Part shown: one piece after another, positions 18,309 to 27,709 of the stretch
Layout of the letters: each line of letters opens with the position of its first letter
Position numbering within the stretch: position 1 is the stretch's first letter
From: Deltaproteobacteria bacterium
Lineage (GTDB): Bacteria > Desulfobacterota > Desulfobacteria > Desulfobacterales > ETH-SRB1
Direction: 5' to 3'
Length of the DNA: 37,111 nucleotides
NCBI GenBank assembly: GCA_049190315.1
Contig: JAIVWD010000005.1
Location: 1-37,111 of the forward strand
Translations under genes and position numbers: made by a program
Notes under the pieces: generated by a model
Told to the model about the DNA's origin: nothing
Databases searched by the model: none
What the model saw: the letters and a program-made list of their open reading frames with translations, nothing else

Positions 18309-19013
18309 ATGGCTGTAATTGGATATTATATTCTTTTTTTGTTTTTAGCCTTTCTGATATATTTTTTTCCAGTGCCTTTACGCTACTTACAGCAAGCAAA
18401 ACTTCAGCGGAAATGCTCACAAAAAAAATACCTTGTACTAAGCTATGATGATGGTCCAGGGAAAAATCTTACTCCGAAGTTACTTGAATTGCTTGCCGAA
18501 CATAATATAAAAGCGACTTTTTTCCCGCTCGGAAAAAATATTGAGCAACATCCGCAGATAGTTGAAAAAATCATTGCCGCAGGCCATGAGATAGGCTGTC
18601 ATGGCTATAATCATGTCAATGCCTGGAAAAACTCACCATGGAAGGCAATAGCCGATATAAAACTTGGTCTAAAATCTCTTTCGTTCTTTAATGCAACGTG
18701 TAGTTTTTTCAGGCCCCCACATGGGAAAGTCGTATTTCCAACATGGTGGCTATTGAAGAAACATAATTTGCAATTGGGTTGGTGGACAAAAGTGTCAGGT
18801 GATACATATAATGAATTACCTGATCCTGCTGATTTTGTAGAAGATGTAATTAGAAATGGCGGTGGAGTAGTTCTTTTGCATGACATCCACCGCAGTGAAG
18901 AAAGAATAAAATTTGTATTAAAAACTACGGATCTTCTGATTACGAAAGCAAAAGAAAGTCGGCTATCAATAAAACCATTAGGTTCCATATGTACCTCGAA
19001 ACGCAATTTATAA
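18309..19013 (+). CDS. Polysaccharide deacetylase (CE4/NodB), N-terminally anchored
   Basis: LSYDDGP, KATFF, GHEIGCHGYNH, FRPPHG, VVLLHD. Confidence 0.92.
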   Translation: MAVIGYYILFLFLAFLIYFFPVPLRYLQQAKLQRKCSQKKYLVLSYDDGPGKNLTPKLLELLAEHNIKATFFPLGKNIEQHPQIVEKIIAAGHEIGCHGYNHVNAWKNSPWKAIADIKLGLKSLSFFNATCSFFRPPHGKVVFPTWWLLKKHNLQLGWWTKVSGDTYNELPDPADFVEDVIRNGGGVVLLHDIHRSEERIKFVLKTTDLLITKAKESRLSIKPLGSICTSKRNL

Positions 19014-19151
19014 CCTTCCGAGGTATAGTCAAGATTCCTGTAATCATTTATTTCTGCCCTTGAAGGGCTGTTGGTCGGTTGGAAAAATGATAATTTAAGG
19101 CATATAAATTTGTACAGCTCTGAAGATAATGGTCAGGAGCAAGGGGTGGTC

Positions 19152-19601
19152 GTGAAAAAAGTGGTAATGTTAGTCTCCTCATCAGGTGGGCATTGGGTGG
19201 AATTGAGGCGGATGGAACCGGCATTTGAAGGACTTGAAAAGATCTATATCACTACAGATGCTGAATACAGGTTGCAGGTTGGAAACAGTTCTTTTTATGT
19301 TGTCCCTGATGCGACTCGCTGGGATAGGTTTAGGATAGTATGGCTTGCGTTGCACATGTTGTGGCTCGTGGTTATCCTGCGTCCGGACATAATAGTGTCA
19401 ACAGGGGCTTTGCCTGGTTTATTCGCTCTGTTTTTCGGCAAGAAGCTTGGCAAAAAAACCATCTGGATCGACAGTATGGCCAATGTTGAGGAGCTTTCAA
19501 TGTCTGGTAATAAAGTAAGTAGATATGCCGACCTCTGGCTGACTCAGTGGGAGCATCTGGCCCGGCCTGAAGGGCCGCATTTTGTCGGTGCAGTAATATG
19601 A
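19152..19601 (+). CDS. Alg14/PssD/Cps14F-like glycosyltransferase subunit
   Basis: SSSGGHWVEL, RPDIIVSTGA, WIDS, LSMSG, TQW. GTG at 19152 is the likely start (track start 19071). Confidence 0.85.
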   Translation: MKKVVMLVSSSGGHWVELRRMEPAFEGLEKIYITTDAEYRLQVGNSSFYVVPDATRWDRFRIVWLALHMLWLVVILRPDIIVSTGALPGLFALFFGKKLGKKTIWIDSMANVEELSMSGNKVSRYADLWLTQWEHLARPEGPHFVGAVI

Positions 19602-20107
19602 TTTTTGTAACAGTTGGAGCGCAACTTCCATTTAACAGACTTGTGCGGGTTGTCGACGAGTGGGCAAGGCTATCCGGTCGCAGTGATGTCTTTGCCCAAA
19701 TCGGTAAAACAAGTTGGAAGCCGTCTTACATACAGTCAACTGCTTTTCTTAAGCCAGATAAATTCAGATATATGATTGAGTCTGCTGATATAGTCATTGC
19801 TCATACCGGCATGGGCTCGATCATTTCAGCGCTTGAACTATGCAAGCCAATTCTTGTAATGCCTCGAAAGGCCGCACTCAAAGAAACCAGAAATGATCAC
19901 CAAATTGCCACCGCCAGACGTTTCCTTGAAATGAAATATGTTTCTGTGGCTTTTGATGAAAAGGAACTGCAGGAAAAACTCAACAACATTAATGATGTTG
20001 ATATAAAGAATTTTAGCAAGATTGGTTCTACAGCCTCCCCAAAACTTATAAAAACCATCCACGATTTTATTGAAAACTCCCCGAGAAGCTCCTGTCAATC
20101 TGTTTAG
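19598..20107 (+). CDS. Alg13/PssE/Cps14G-like glycosyltransferase subunit (GT28 C-terminal)
   Basis: MIFVTVGAQLPFNRL, AHTGMGSI, ETRNDHQ; 4-bp ATGA overlap with its partner. Confidence 0.9.
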   Translation: MIFVTVGAQLPFNRLVRVVDEWARLSGRSDVFAQIGKTSWKPSYIQSTAFLKPDKFRYMIESADIVIAHTGMGSIISALELCKPILVMPRKAALKETRNDHQIATARRFLEMKYVSVAFDEKELQEKLNNINDVDIKNFSKIGSTASPKLIKTIHDFIENSPRSSCQSV

Positions 20108-20259
20108 GAATACTAATATTGGCGGTGGGTGTAATTCTGCAATTTCGTTTTCGACTTTTCGATCCAAAGGATCTTGAGTTGTTTCGCCGGAATATAAAGA
20201 GTCCGATTCTCACTAAAATATTGCAATTAATAGGGTGATAATATTGGTTCTCAGACCTA

Positions 20260-20440
20260 AGGGCTCGGTAAAAAATAACTTGGCATTTTTACATCCCGAC
20301 TTCACCATATCTTTAACCGATCTTCATTCGCAAAAATCCTCGAAATAGCTCGCTATTCCTGCGGTTTTGCTCAATTAGATCAATTAAATCTACGGCAAAT
20401 TTGGGCGCAAATTCTACCAACTTATTTTTGACCGAGCCCT
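20260..20440. mobile_element. MITE (IS5-like termini), copy 1, between the two convergent EPS arms
   Basis: AGGGCTCGGTAAAAAATAACTTGG / CCAACTTATTTTTGACCGAGCCCT TIRs flanked by TA on both sides; near-identical inverted copy from 37008. Confidence 0.85.
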
Positions 20441-21366
20441 TATTGCCCTAAAGAAACAAGAATCTTTTTTATTCTCTTTTTTAGTTCTCTCCACGATGGA
20501 AATATTCCATGTAATTGGGCAACCATTTCATTAAGCGTGGCATCATCTGAGACTGCCATAACCTTCAAGGCGTAAACGTTTGTATTGAGTGTATTCCATC
20601 CAACATCGACAGTCCTGGCGGATTGGTAGCCGGCTTTTTGCAAATAATCTATTTCACGGTCACCATAATCGCCGTTCGGATAGGCAAAGTGGGTTACCGG
20701 CGAGTTCAAGATATTCTCTAAGTCCTCTTTGGCGCCGACAATTTCCTGTAAGCTAAGGTCATCAGAGCACCTGACCAGAATAGGATGGGTACGAGTATGG
20801 CTTTGAAAGTCGATACCATTATGTTTCATTTCTAATATTTCTTTGATCGACAAGGCCTGTCGAACAGTGAATTCTTTTTCCGGGGTATAACCATTGAATG
20901 AAAAGAGTTTTTTGAGACGAACCGAGTTCGGCAGTTCCTTGAGTTGCTTTGCCTGTTCGGTAAAATCAATAAACCAATAATGGCGAGATGTACCAACTAT
21001 CTGGGAACAGATGTATATTGTAACCGGAACGTTATATTTTTCAAGCACCCCTAATATAGAGAAGTTCCGCTTATGTCCATCGTCGAATGTGATTATCAGA
21101 CTTTTGGGAGGAATCATTTGTCGGTCGTTGCTTCGAATAGCGTCAACGAGACGTTGTAAGGAAATAATAGTAAAGTGTTTTGTTATATAGGCCAGGTGGC
21201 TCTCAAGTATGTGAGGCTCCGGGGCATGGTACATTATGATGGTTGCTTTTGTACGGCAGATTGTTTCCCTGATCAGGAGAGCCAACCCTGAGTACCGTAT
21301 TAAGAAGGCAAGAAATCTCCTCATTGTTTGTCCCTTAATTAGAAAGGTTCTTATCGTTTTAATCAA
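20440..21366 (-). CDS. Polysaccharide deacetylase (CE4, IcaB/PgaB-like)
   Basis: IIMYH, ITFDDG, SHTRTH, FAYPNG. Confidence 0.9.
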   Translation of the reverse strand: MIKTIRTFLIKGQTMRRFLAFLIRYSGLALLIRETICRTKATIIMYHAPEPHILESHLAYITKHFTIISLQRLVDAIRSNDRQMIPPKSLIITFDDGHKRNFSILGVLEKYNVPVTIYICSQIVGTSRHYWFIDFTEQAKQLKELPNSVRLKKLFSFNGYTPEKEFTVRQALSIKEILEMKHNGIDFQSHTRTHPILVRCSDDLSLQEIVGAKEDLENILNSPVTHFAYPNGDYGDREIDYLQKAGYQSARTVDVGWNTLNTNVYALKVMAVSDDATLNEMVAQLHGIFPSWRELKKRIKKILVSLGQ

Positions 21367-21387
21367 CCTGCGCAGGATGGATTCGGT

Positions 21388-22644
21388 TCAGAGAGGTGAC
21401 TCTTTGTTCTGCTCACTTTTGCTATATGAAACGGTATAACCAGCCAAAAAAAAGAAAAGAAAAACCATGAGATTTAAGTCGATAGTCTGAAAATAAAAGA
21501 ATGATAAGGCGAAAATAGTAATCATTGTTAACATGCCCAATGAAAAGGTGCCGATAAAATCAGATCGTTTGCAAAGTTTTATAGCATCCCAAAAAATCAT
21601 CAATACCAGGAAGAAGAAAATAAGCGTCCCTAAAATACCGATCTCCCAGAAAAGCTTTGTAATCGAAACCTCACCCACCTTATACATCTCGGCTTCTCGT
21701 GAATATTTTCCGGTCATAGCCTTTGTGAACGAGATGGAAACATTGCCGACACCATGTCCAAAAAGTATTTGCGGGCCTCGTAATGCCTTATCAATCGCAT
21801 AAAAAATGGGGTCGATTCGCTCGGCCATATATTTTTCGACCCGGCTTTGATCCGTAACAAAACGGGTGATACCATGCCCCCATCGTTTCATCTGAAAATG
21901 GTCATAAATATTTTTCAGGGTAAAGCCAACTACGGAAAATAACACAATAAGAAAAACGGCTTTCATAATAGTCTTTCTTTGTTTTTTGAGAAAGATCAAA
22001 GGAAAAATAAAGGCTAACGGTAAGAGCACAAAGGTAACCTTGGTCTCATTTAAGGTTGTGGGTAAAAAGACAATGCATATTGAAATAAGAAAAAAACGTA
22101 AGGAGATCTTTTCCATGAGGTAAAATGCTATAAGAAAAGAGATTACCCAGATCAAAAAAATAGACAATATTCCTGTGGCGCCATAGCCAAGGGTGCCGCC
22201 CATTGGATCTCCTGACAAAGATTCTTTGAACTCGTAGAAACGCTGCCAGACAACAACCGGTAATTGCGTACAGGCCAGGACAAGGATGAACAGAAGTATT
22301 TTCTTCATCGAAGCATCCTCGAACTTGAAAACAGCAGGAAGGAGAAAAAGTGGAATAAATTTAAAGTAGGTTCTTATGCCGGCGAGTATTGTTCCCAAGG
22401 GGACGTCATTGAGAAATAATCCCATACATATATGTAAAAAATAGATCAGGAGAAGAATGACATATTTAATAGGGATGTTTATTTTTTCATGGGTTGCTGC
22501 AATCACCAGAATATAAAAGGCTGTTACAGCGGAGACTATCTCTGGAATCCAGGTAACAAAGCGGATACCAATACCGTAGACTTCAAAGAGCCAATCAAAA
22601 ACAAATATACTGGAGAATAGGATATAAATAAGAAGGTTAATCAT
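21388..22644 (-). CDS. Wzy-like polysaccharide polymerase / O-antigen ligase-like membrane protein
   Basis: About 10-11 TM helices, GGTLG loop, LFGHGVG and WEIGILG; lies directly after the PCP/kinase genes. Confidence 0.65.
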   Translation of the reverse strand: MINLLIYILFSSIFVFDWLFEVYGIGIRFVTWIPEIVSAVTAFYILVIAATHEKINIPIKYVILLLIYFLHICMGLFLNDVPLGTILAGIRTYFKFIPLFLLPAVFKFEDASMKKILLFILVLACTQLPVVVWQRFYEFKESLSGDPMGGTLGYGATGILSIFLIWVISFLIAFYLMEKISLRFFLISICIVFLPTTLNETKVTFVLLPLAFIFPLIFLKKQRKTIMKAVFLIVLFSVVGFTLKNIYDHFQMKRWGHGITRFVTDQSRVEKYMAERIDPIFYAIDKALRGPQILFGHGVGNVSISFTKAMTGKYSREAEMYKVGEVSITKLFWEIGILGTLIFFFLVLMIFWDAIKLCKRSDFIGTFSLGMLTMITIFALSFFYFQTIDLNLMVFLFFFLAGYTVSYSKSEQNKESPL

Positions 22645-22658
22645 TTAAAAGAATAGTA

Positions 22659-23357
22659 TTAAAATATGTTATAAAACCAGGCGGGAATTACCTGAACAAC
22701 ATTGTTGAGGATAACGCCGCCAATAAAACATTCATTGGCAATAAGCATATTTTTGGCTTTTTCAGCTACCTCCTTCTGTAAACTTAAGGACTTTATAACC
22801 ATAAATGTAACATCTGAAGCTATTGCAGTAGAAAGTGAGTCCGCTGAAGTGAGGACTGGCGCTGAATCGATAAAGATGTAGTCATACCGGTCACGTATTT
22901 CGGTGAGTAATTCAGCAAGTCGTTCTTGCTCTATGCTACCGGATAGAGAGTTAAATTCTTTTCCACAAGACAATAAAAATATTTTGTCAGAATCAATGGG
23001 CTGCACGGTTTCGCTCAGACCTTGGCCACCCTTTAATAGATCAGTTAATCCTCGTTGATGAGATAAATTGAATATTGTATGTAAGGCTGGATTTTGAAAG
23101 TTGGCATCTATAAGCAGTATTTTTTTGCCAATATTTTTTTTAGCTATGTAATTTGTCAGGTTGGCGAGAATAGTCGATACCCCCTCTTTCCCACGGGTAC
23201 AGACGAAGTTAAAAACTTTATAAGCGTTTTTGTTGTTAAAAAAGATTATCTTTTTTTCAAGATCGCCAATTTGTTGCCTGTTCTTCAAGTCCAGGAATCG
23301 CCCACCTGATTTTGGTGGTCCTTCACTTTTTAACATTGCCTCATATGTTCTTGCCAT
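22659..23357 (-). CDS. CpsD/CapB-family BY kinase domain, probably a pseudokinase
   Basis: TRGKEGVST (Walker A lacking Lys), LLIDANF, GLTDLL, YDYIFIDSAP, GVILN. Confidence 0.85.
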   Translation of the reverse strand: MARTYEAMLKSEGPPKSGGRFLDLKNRQQIGDLEKKIIFFNNKNAYKVFNFVCTRGKEGVSTILANLTNYIAKKNIGKKILLIDANFQNPALHTIFNLSHQRGLTDLLKGGQGLSETVQPIDSDKIFLLSCGKEFNSLSGSIEQERLAELLTEIRDRYDYIFIDSAPVLTSADSLSTAIASDVTFMVIKSLSLQKEVAEKAKNMLIANECFIGGVILNNVVQVIPAWFYNIF

Positions 23358-23387
23358 TGCCGGGTGTCTCCATTAATTGTCTCGTAA

Positions 23388-24848
23388 TTATTTAATTTCG
23401 GAAAAGCTGCTGATAACGGGTAATGATAGAAGTATTTCTACATCGTCGGCTGTTTTCAGCCTATGGTCCAGTGCTTCAAGGATAAATGGAGTGCAAAGTG
23501 CAGCCAAAAGCCCTAAGTAAATAGAAATAAACAGCAGTAGCATTTTATTTGGCCAAACAGGATTACTTGAAGCACGGGGATGGTCGGCTATTGTTACGTT
23601 GGCCAGGTCCCGGTTTCTCTGTTCCGAGTAAACACGAGAGTCTTCGGTTTTTGAGGCATATAAAATGTAGTTGTTTTTATTAAGATCGACATTTCTTTTT
23701 AATTCTTGAAGCCTCTGTTCGTTTTCTTGAAGCTTGTTGGCTATAGCTTTCAATTGCATGATTTTTTTCTGCAGTGATCGCTTTTTCATCCCGAGACTTG
23801 CAAGTTCCAGCTCATCTGTTTTTATTGCCCTGAGCACCACATTGCGAATGTCATTTTCAATCATTTTTATCTGGCCGTTAATTTCTTGATATTCTCGACT
23901 GGTTTTCGTAAAATTTTTATTTATTTCACTTCGTTTTATAAAAAGAGGAACCATCCCTTTTTCCAGCTCAAAGATTGCAGGTATCATTCGCATTTCTTTG
24001 GTTATCAGTAGTTCATTATTATTAGAGAAAGCATTAGTTAAAAGTTCGATCCGGCTTTTTGCTTCATCGTAAACTATTTCAAGCAGATGTAATTCCTTGG
24101 TTAATTCGGCCAGAAGGGTAATATTCGCTAAATTCTGTTTGTCTATGTCTACAATATTCAGATTTTTTTTAAATTCTTTGAGTTCTCGTTCGGCATCTTC
24201 AAGCTTTATCTTATAGTTCATAGCCTGGTCGTTATAGAATTTTTGCCCCTCATCTATACTAAATACGGCATTATGGTGTTTGATGTATATTTGCAAAAGT
24301 CTATTTAAGACAGTTGTGGCTCTTTCGGGATCTTGTGCCTCGAGACTGACGAAAATTATACTCGATGAGAATACCGCTTCAATTTCCAGTGAGTTTTTTA
24401 AAAGAGATACTTGTGCTTCAAGAGGAGTAAGTGCTTTATCTTTCAGATTTATCAGGACGAGAATAAAATCAATTACATCACCGATGAAATCTGTTATTTT
24501 GTCAAAAACTCGTTTTTTTTCAGAGAGCCCCAACTTCTCATCTTCAAAGGACATAACGGTTTCTTCAAGAACACTGTCGCTTTGAATTAACTCAATCTCA
24601 GTATTAACATCTTCTTTTGTTGCAGCGCTGATGATTTGCCTCTCGTCTTCACCTGCGGTAATGACAACGTTTTGGTTGGTTTTGGGAAGAAGTATGACTT
24701 TAGCTGTACTTTTATAAACCGGAGTAGTGGTATATGCATAAAACATTATAGCGCCGACGATCAGGATAAAAACCTTGATCGCATGTGGCTTCCAGTAAAA
24801 CCAGATACGAAAGAAATCCCTTGCAGATTTTAATTTTGTAATAGCCAT
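23388..24848 (-). CDS. Polysaccharide co-polymerase (Wzz/GumC/Wzc N-terminal type)
   Basis: Two TM helices flanking a coiled coil; PVYKSTAKV, NTEIELIQS, PVWPNK, EALDHRLKTADDVE..L.LPV. Confidence 0.88.
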   Translation of the reverse strand: MAITKLKSARDFFRIWFYWKPHAIKVFILIVGAIMFYAYTTTPVYKSTAKVILLPKTNQNVVITAGEDERQIISAATKEDVNTEIELIQSDSVLEETVMSFEDEKLGLSEKKRVFDKITDFIGDVIDFILVLINLKDKALTPLEAQVSLLKNSLEIEAVFSSSIIFVSLEAQDPERATTVLNRLLQIYIKHHNAVFSIDEGQKFYNDQAMNYKIKLEDAERELKEFKKNLNIVDIDKQNLANITLLAELTKELHLLEIVYDEAKSRIELLTNAFSNNNELLITKEMRMIPAIFELEKGMVPLFIKRSEINKNFTKTSREYQEINGQIKMIENDIRNVVLRAIKTDELELASLGMKKRSLQKKIMQLKAIANKLQENEQRLQELKRNVDLNKNNYILYASKTEDSRVYSEQRNRDLANVTIADHPRASSNPVWPNKMLLLFISIYLGLLAALCTPFILEALDHRLKTADDVEILLSLPVISSFSEIK

Positions 24849-24869
24849 ATTAAACTACCTTTAAATTTT

Positions 24870-25886
24870 TTATAATGGACTGTGGTCTAATAAAGTTCCG
24901 CCAATATTATAGTCTGCACTGAAGAAGTCAGGAACCATTCCGTTTATGTATTGTTCAACAAAGAGATTTCTTCTGGCAATGGCGGTTTTGGGAACATATA
25001 CCACATCGTACTGATTGAGAATGATGTCCTGACTGACGTTTCCATAATAAAGGATTTTTTCAAGGTTTACTAATCTGCCCCAGGGTCGTCTTTCTTTATC
25101 GCGGCTGATAATGAGAATTGTTCTTCTATCACCACTATCTAAGGGGCCGCCTGCCCTGGAGAGAATCTGAGTTACCGTTATCTGTCCTTCCATCAAATAA
25201 TAGTCAGGTTTAGCGACCTCACCCATTACATAAACCAGGTTTGCTTTCATAACCTTCAAAATGATGGAGACGGTAAGATTGTCAATGAGTTTCTTATATT
25301 CGGCTGTGACTATGGCTTTTAACCGGGGTATGGTCTTACCTTTTGCCAGTATGTCATCGAGCATTGGAAAAGAAAGATATCCATCCGGCCTCACGGTCGT
25401 GAGCTTACTTTGACCGCGGGGAGCGGTAGTGATCGCTATTTTCAAGTGGTCAATTGCCCTGTTGTATTTAATTAAGGTTATGGTGATCACAGGATCCTTG
25501 AAATCTTCACTATAGAGTTTTGTGAGTTTTTCTTGTAATTGACTGGGAGTCAAGCCTAATGCATACACGTCACCCTTGCGGGGCATGGAGATGTTTCCGT
25601 CTGGTCTGATCGTAAGTTCGCGGTCGATATTCCCGTGATAAGTAAATTCAACCCTGAGGACATCGCCGACCGATAAGTAGTATTCCTTGGTGTCCGGTTT
25701 TGGTGTGTAGTGATAGATGATTTCAATTACATCTCCGGGGCCGACTTCGTATTCATATTCGACTCTGGGCATTGGGGGGCTATAGACAGTATCTTCTGAG
25801 ATGCCGACCTCGGCGGGACCAGCACAGGATAAGCAAAAGAATCCTATAGTTAACAGAGCGATAGCGGTTTTGAGATTTTGGATCAT
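24870..25886 (-). CDS. OPX/Wza-family polysaccharide export lipoprotein
   Basis: Lipobox LSC; two PES-like motifs (IRPDGNISMP, VRPDGYLSFP); SLBB VYVMGEV; DVVYVP. Confidence 0.9.
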   Translation of the reverse strand: MIQNLKTAIALLTIGFFCLSCAGPAEVGISEDTVYSPPMPRVEYEYEVGPGDVIEIIYHYTPKPDTKEYYLSVGDVLRVEFTYHGNIDRELTIRPDGNISMPRKGDVYALGLTPSQLQEKLTKLYSEDFKDPVITITLIKYNRAIDHLKIAITTAPRGQSKLTTVRPDGYLSFPMLDDILAKGKTIPRLKAIVTAEYKKLIDNLTVSIILKVMKANLVYVMGEVAKPDYYLMEGQITVTQILSRAGGPLDSGDRRTILIISRDKERRPWGRLVNLEKILYYGNVSQDIILNQYDVVYVPKTAIARRNLFVEQYINGMVPDFFSADYNIGGTLLDHSPL

Positions 25887-25927
25887 TTTTTTCCTCTCTT
25901 AAATAATAAGTCTTTTATCAGGTTCTC

Positions 25928-27550
25928 TTATTTTTTTTCATTTAAAAACGGCAGAAATCTGAAATCAAGATTTTTTAGTGCTTTTTTAGCTTCATTTCTA
26001 TCTGAAAAAATATCCATATAAACTCTGAAGACTAAATTTTGACCCTGCCGGGAAGGTATAAAAAATGCATCTTTGCCATTTGTCAGTAATCTTTGGGTGG
26101 CCTTTTGAGCAGACCTGAAATTATAAAACGAGGCATAATGAATATGATAGGTGTTACCTTCTCCTGTTACAATCATGGAATCTTTGGTGATCTGCGGCAG
26201 CACTATTTTTTGGCCACAATAGATCTGATGGACATTTTTTATGTTATTGTTTGCCATTTGAATGAGATCGATTACGGTCTCAGAAGTCGATCCATACTCT
26301 GCTAAAGCAACGGAAGTAAGCCATTCATTAGGCTGAATAGTCTGTACTTTTTCAGGTAGCTCCGAACTTGCAATATCGTTTGGCCGGGATAGAATAGTTT
26401 TTGCTGAAGAACTAAAATCCTTCCTTGCCATCGTAACACTATCAGGTGATATCTGGATCACCTTCTTTTTGAGGGTTTCTTGGCTGCTTTGTCCAACCGT
26501 CCTTACAGGACTAACTTGGCCCCCTATCTCATCCAGAGAAGAAGGGTCTGAGAACTTTGCGGCTATAATAGGTATGGACTTGCTTGCTGAGCGGTTGTCT
26601 AACGAGCGATTTGTCACAGTACGGAGGTCTTCGCTATTTGTGAAACCACTGATCCTCATTATTACAAGCAACAATAGAGCTATGCCGGCAAAAGCCCATA
26701 CTCTCCGTCTTACGTAGAAAAATGAAAGATAATTTCGATACTTTTGGGAACCCGTCCGCATGTCACTGATCACTTCTTTAATAATCTTTCTTTTAATAAT
26801 TCCGGCTTCAAGGGCATAGCCGATAAGAAGTGCGTTATCGCATATCTGATTAATCAGCCTGGGGGTTCCGCCGCTTACTTTCCAGATCAGGGACAATGCA
26901 TTGTCATTAAAGAGTTGATGCGAGCGGTCGACTATTTTTAAGCGGTGCAGAATATATTCTATGGTTTCTTTTTTATCCAATGGATTGAGTTGGCGATTTA
27001 TAACTATACGTTGTTTGAGAGGCTTTTGGGTTTCTCTGTCCAATAAATTATGTATTTCATTTTGGCCGACCAGGACTATTTGAATGAGTTTAATTGTGTT
27101 GTTCTCAATATTGGACAAAAGTCTTATTTCTTCCAGGGATTTTTTCGAGAGCAGATGGGCCTCGTCAATGATGATCACGGCACGTCGGCCTTCCTCATTA
27201 AGAGTCTCCAGCTTGCTGCGCAGCATGTCAATGGTTTGGAGACGGTTTTTCCCCTCAATCGTTACTCCCAGCATTTGAACAAGATGGTTAAAGATATCGT
27301 CAAATGTGATCCGTGGATTGATGATATTGATAACGATATGGCGAGGATTCAGTTCTTTTAAAAGAGAGCGGATCAGGGTGGTTTTTCCGGTGCCGACATC
27401 CCCGGATACAAGGATAAACCCTTTGGCCGACTCTATCCCGTATAAAAGAGAAGATAATACCTCTCTATGTTGTTTTGACAGGAAGAGAAACAAAGGATCT
27501 GGCGTGTTCTCAAAAGGTTTATTTGACAGGTTATAGTACCTTGTATACAT
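25928..27550 (-). CDS. ExeA-like AAA+ ATPase with TM segment, LysM-like and SPOR-like domains
   Basis: PFENTPDPLFLF, GDVGTGKTT, IIDEAH, LVGQ, SGGTPRLINQICD; C-terminal LysM-like (IQPNEWLTSVA...IYCGQKIVLP) and SPOR-like (YHIHYASF...FRVY) segments. Confidence 0.85.
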   Translation of the reverse strand: MYTRYYNLSNKPFENTPDPLFLFLSKQHREVLSSLLYGIESAKGFILVSGDVGTGKTTLIRSLLKELNPRHIVINIINPRITFDDIFNHLVQMLGVTIEGKNRLQTIDMLRSKLETLNEEGRRAVIIIDEAHLLSKKSLEEIRLLSNIENNTIKLIQIVLVGQNEIHNLLDRETQKPLKQRIVINRQLNPLDKKETIEYILHRLKIVDRSHQLFNDNALSLIWKVSGGTPRLINQICDNALLIGYALEAGIIKRKIIKEVISDMRTGSQKYRNYLSFFYVRRRVWAFAGIALLLLVIMRISGFTNSEDLRTVTNRSLDNRSASKSIPIIAAKFSDPSSLDEIGGQVSPVRTVGQSSQETLKKKVIQISPDSVTMARKDFSSSAKTILSRPNDIASSELPEKVQTIQPNEWLTSVALAEYGSTSETVIDLIQMANNNIKNVHQIYCGQKIVLPQITKDSMIVTGEGNTYHIHYASFYNFRSAQKATQRLLTNGKDAFFIPSRQGQNLVFRVYMDIFSDRNEAKKALKNLDFRFLPFLNEKK

Positions 27551-27563
27551 AAGCCTCGAAGCC

Positions 27564-27664
27564 GGTTTCAGAGTTCAAAGGTTCAGTTTGTGCTTTTCAT
27601 ATCAATCTTCATTGCTTTCTAACCTTGAACCGTGAACCTTGGAACTTTGAACCTGGGTAGTTAC
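27564..27664. repeat. Heptamer (CCTTGAA/CCGTGAA) inverted array ending in a TGGGTAGTTAC terminus
   Basis: GTTTCA-GAGTTCA-AAGGTTCA ... CCTTGAA-CCGTGAA-CCTTGGA-ACTTTGA-ACCTG-GGTAGTTAC; the right end resembles the terminus of the 18098 MITE. Confidence 0.65.
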
Positions 27665-27709
27665 ATTATTTCAATTGCAATTTTTCCTGGTATATTGATC
27701 GCTTTTCCC

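Noticed and set aside
25928-27550. Type II secretion system or PEP-CTERM/exosortase system
   Set aside because: Only the ExeA-like ATPase is present; no gsp, xrtA, prsK/prsR or PEP-CTERM-tailed genes in the window.
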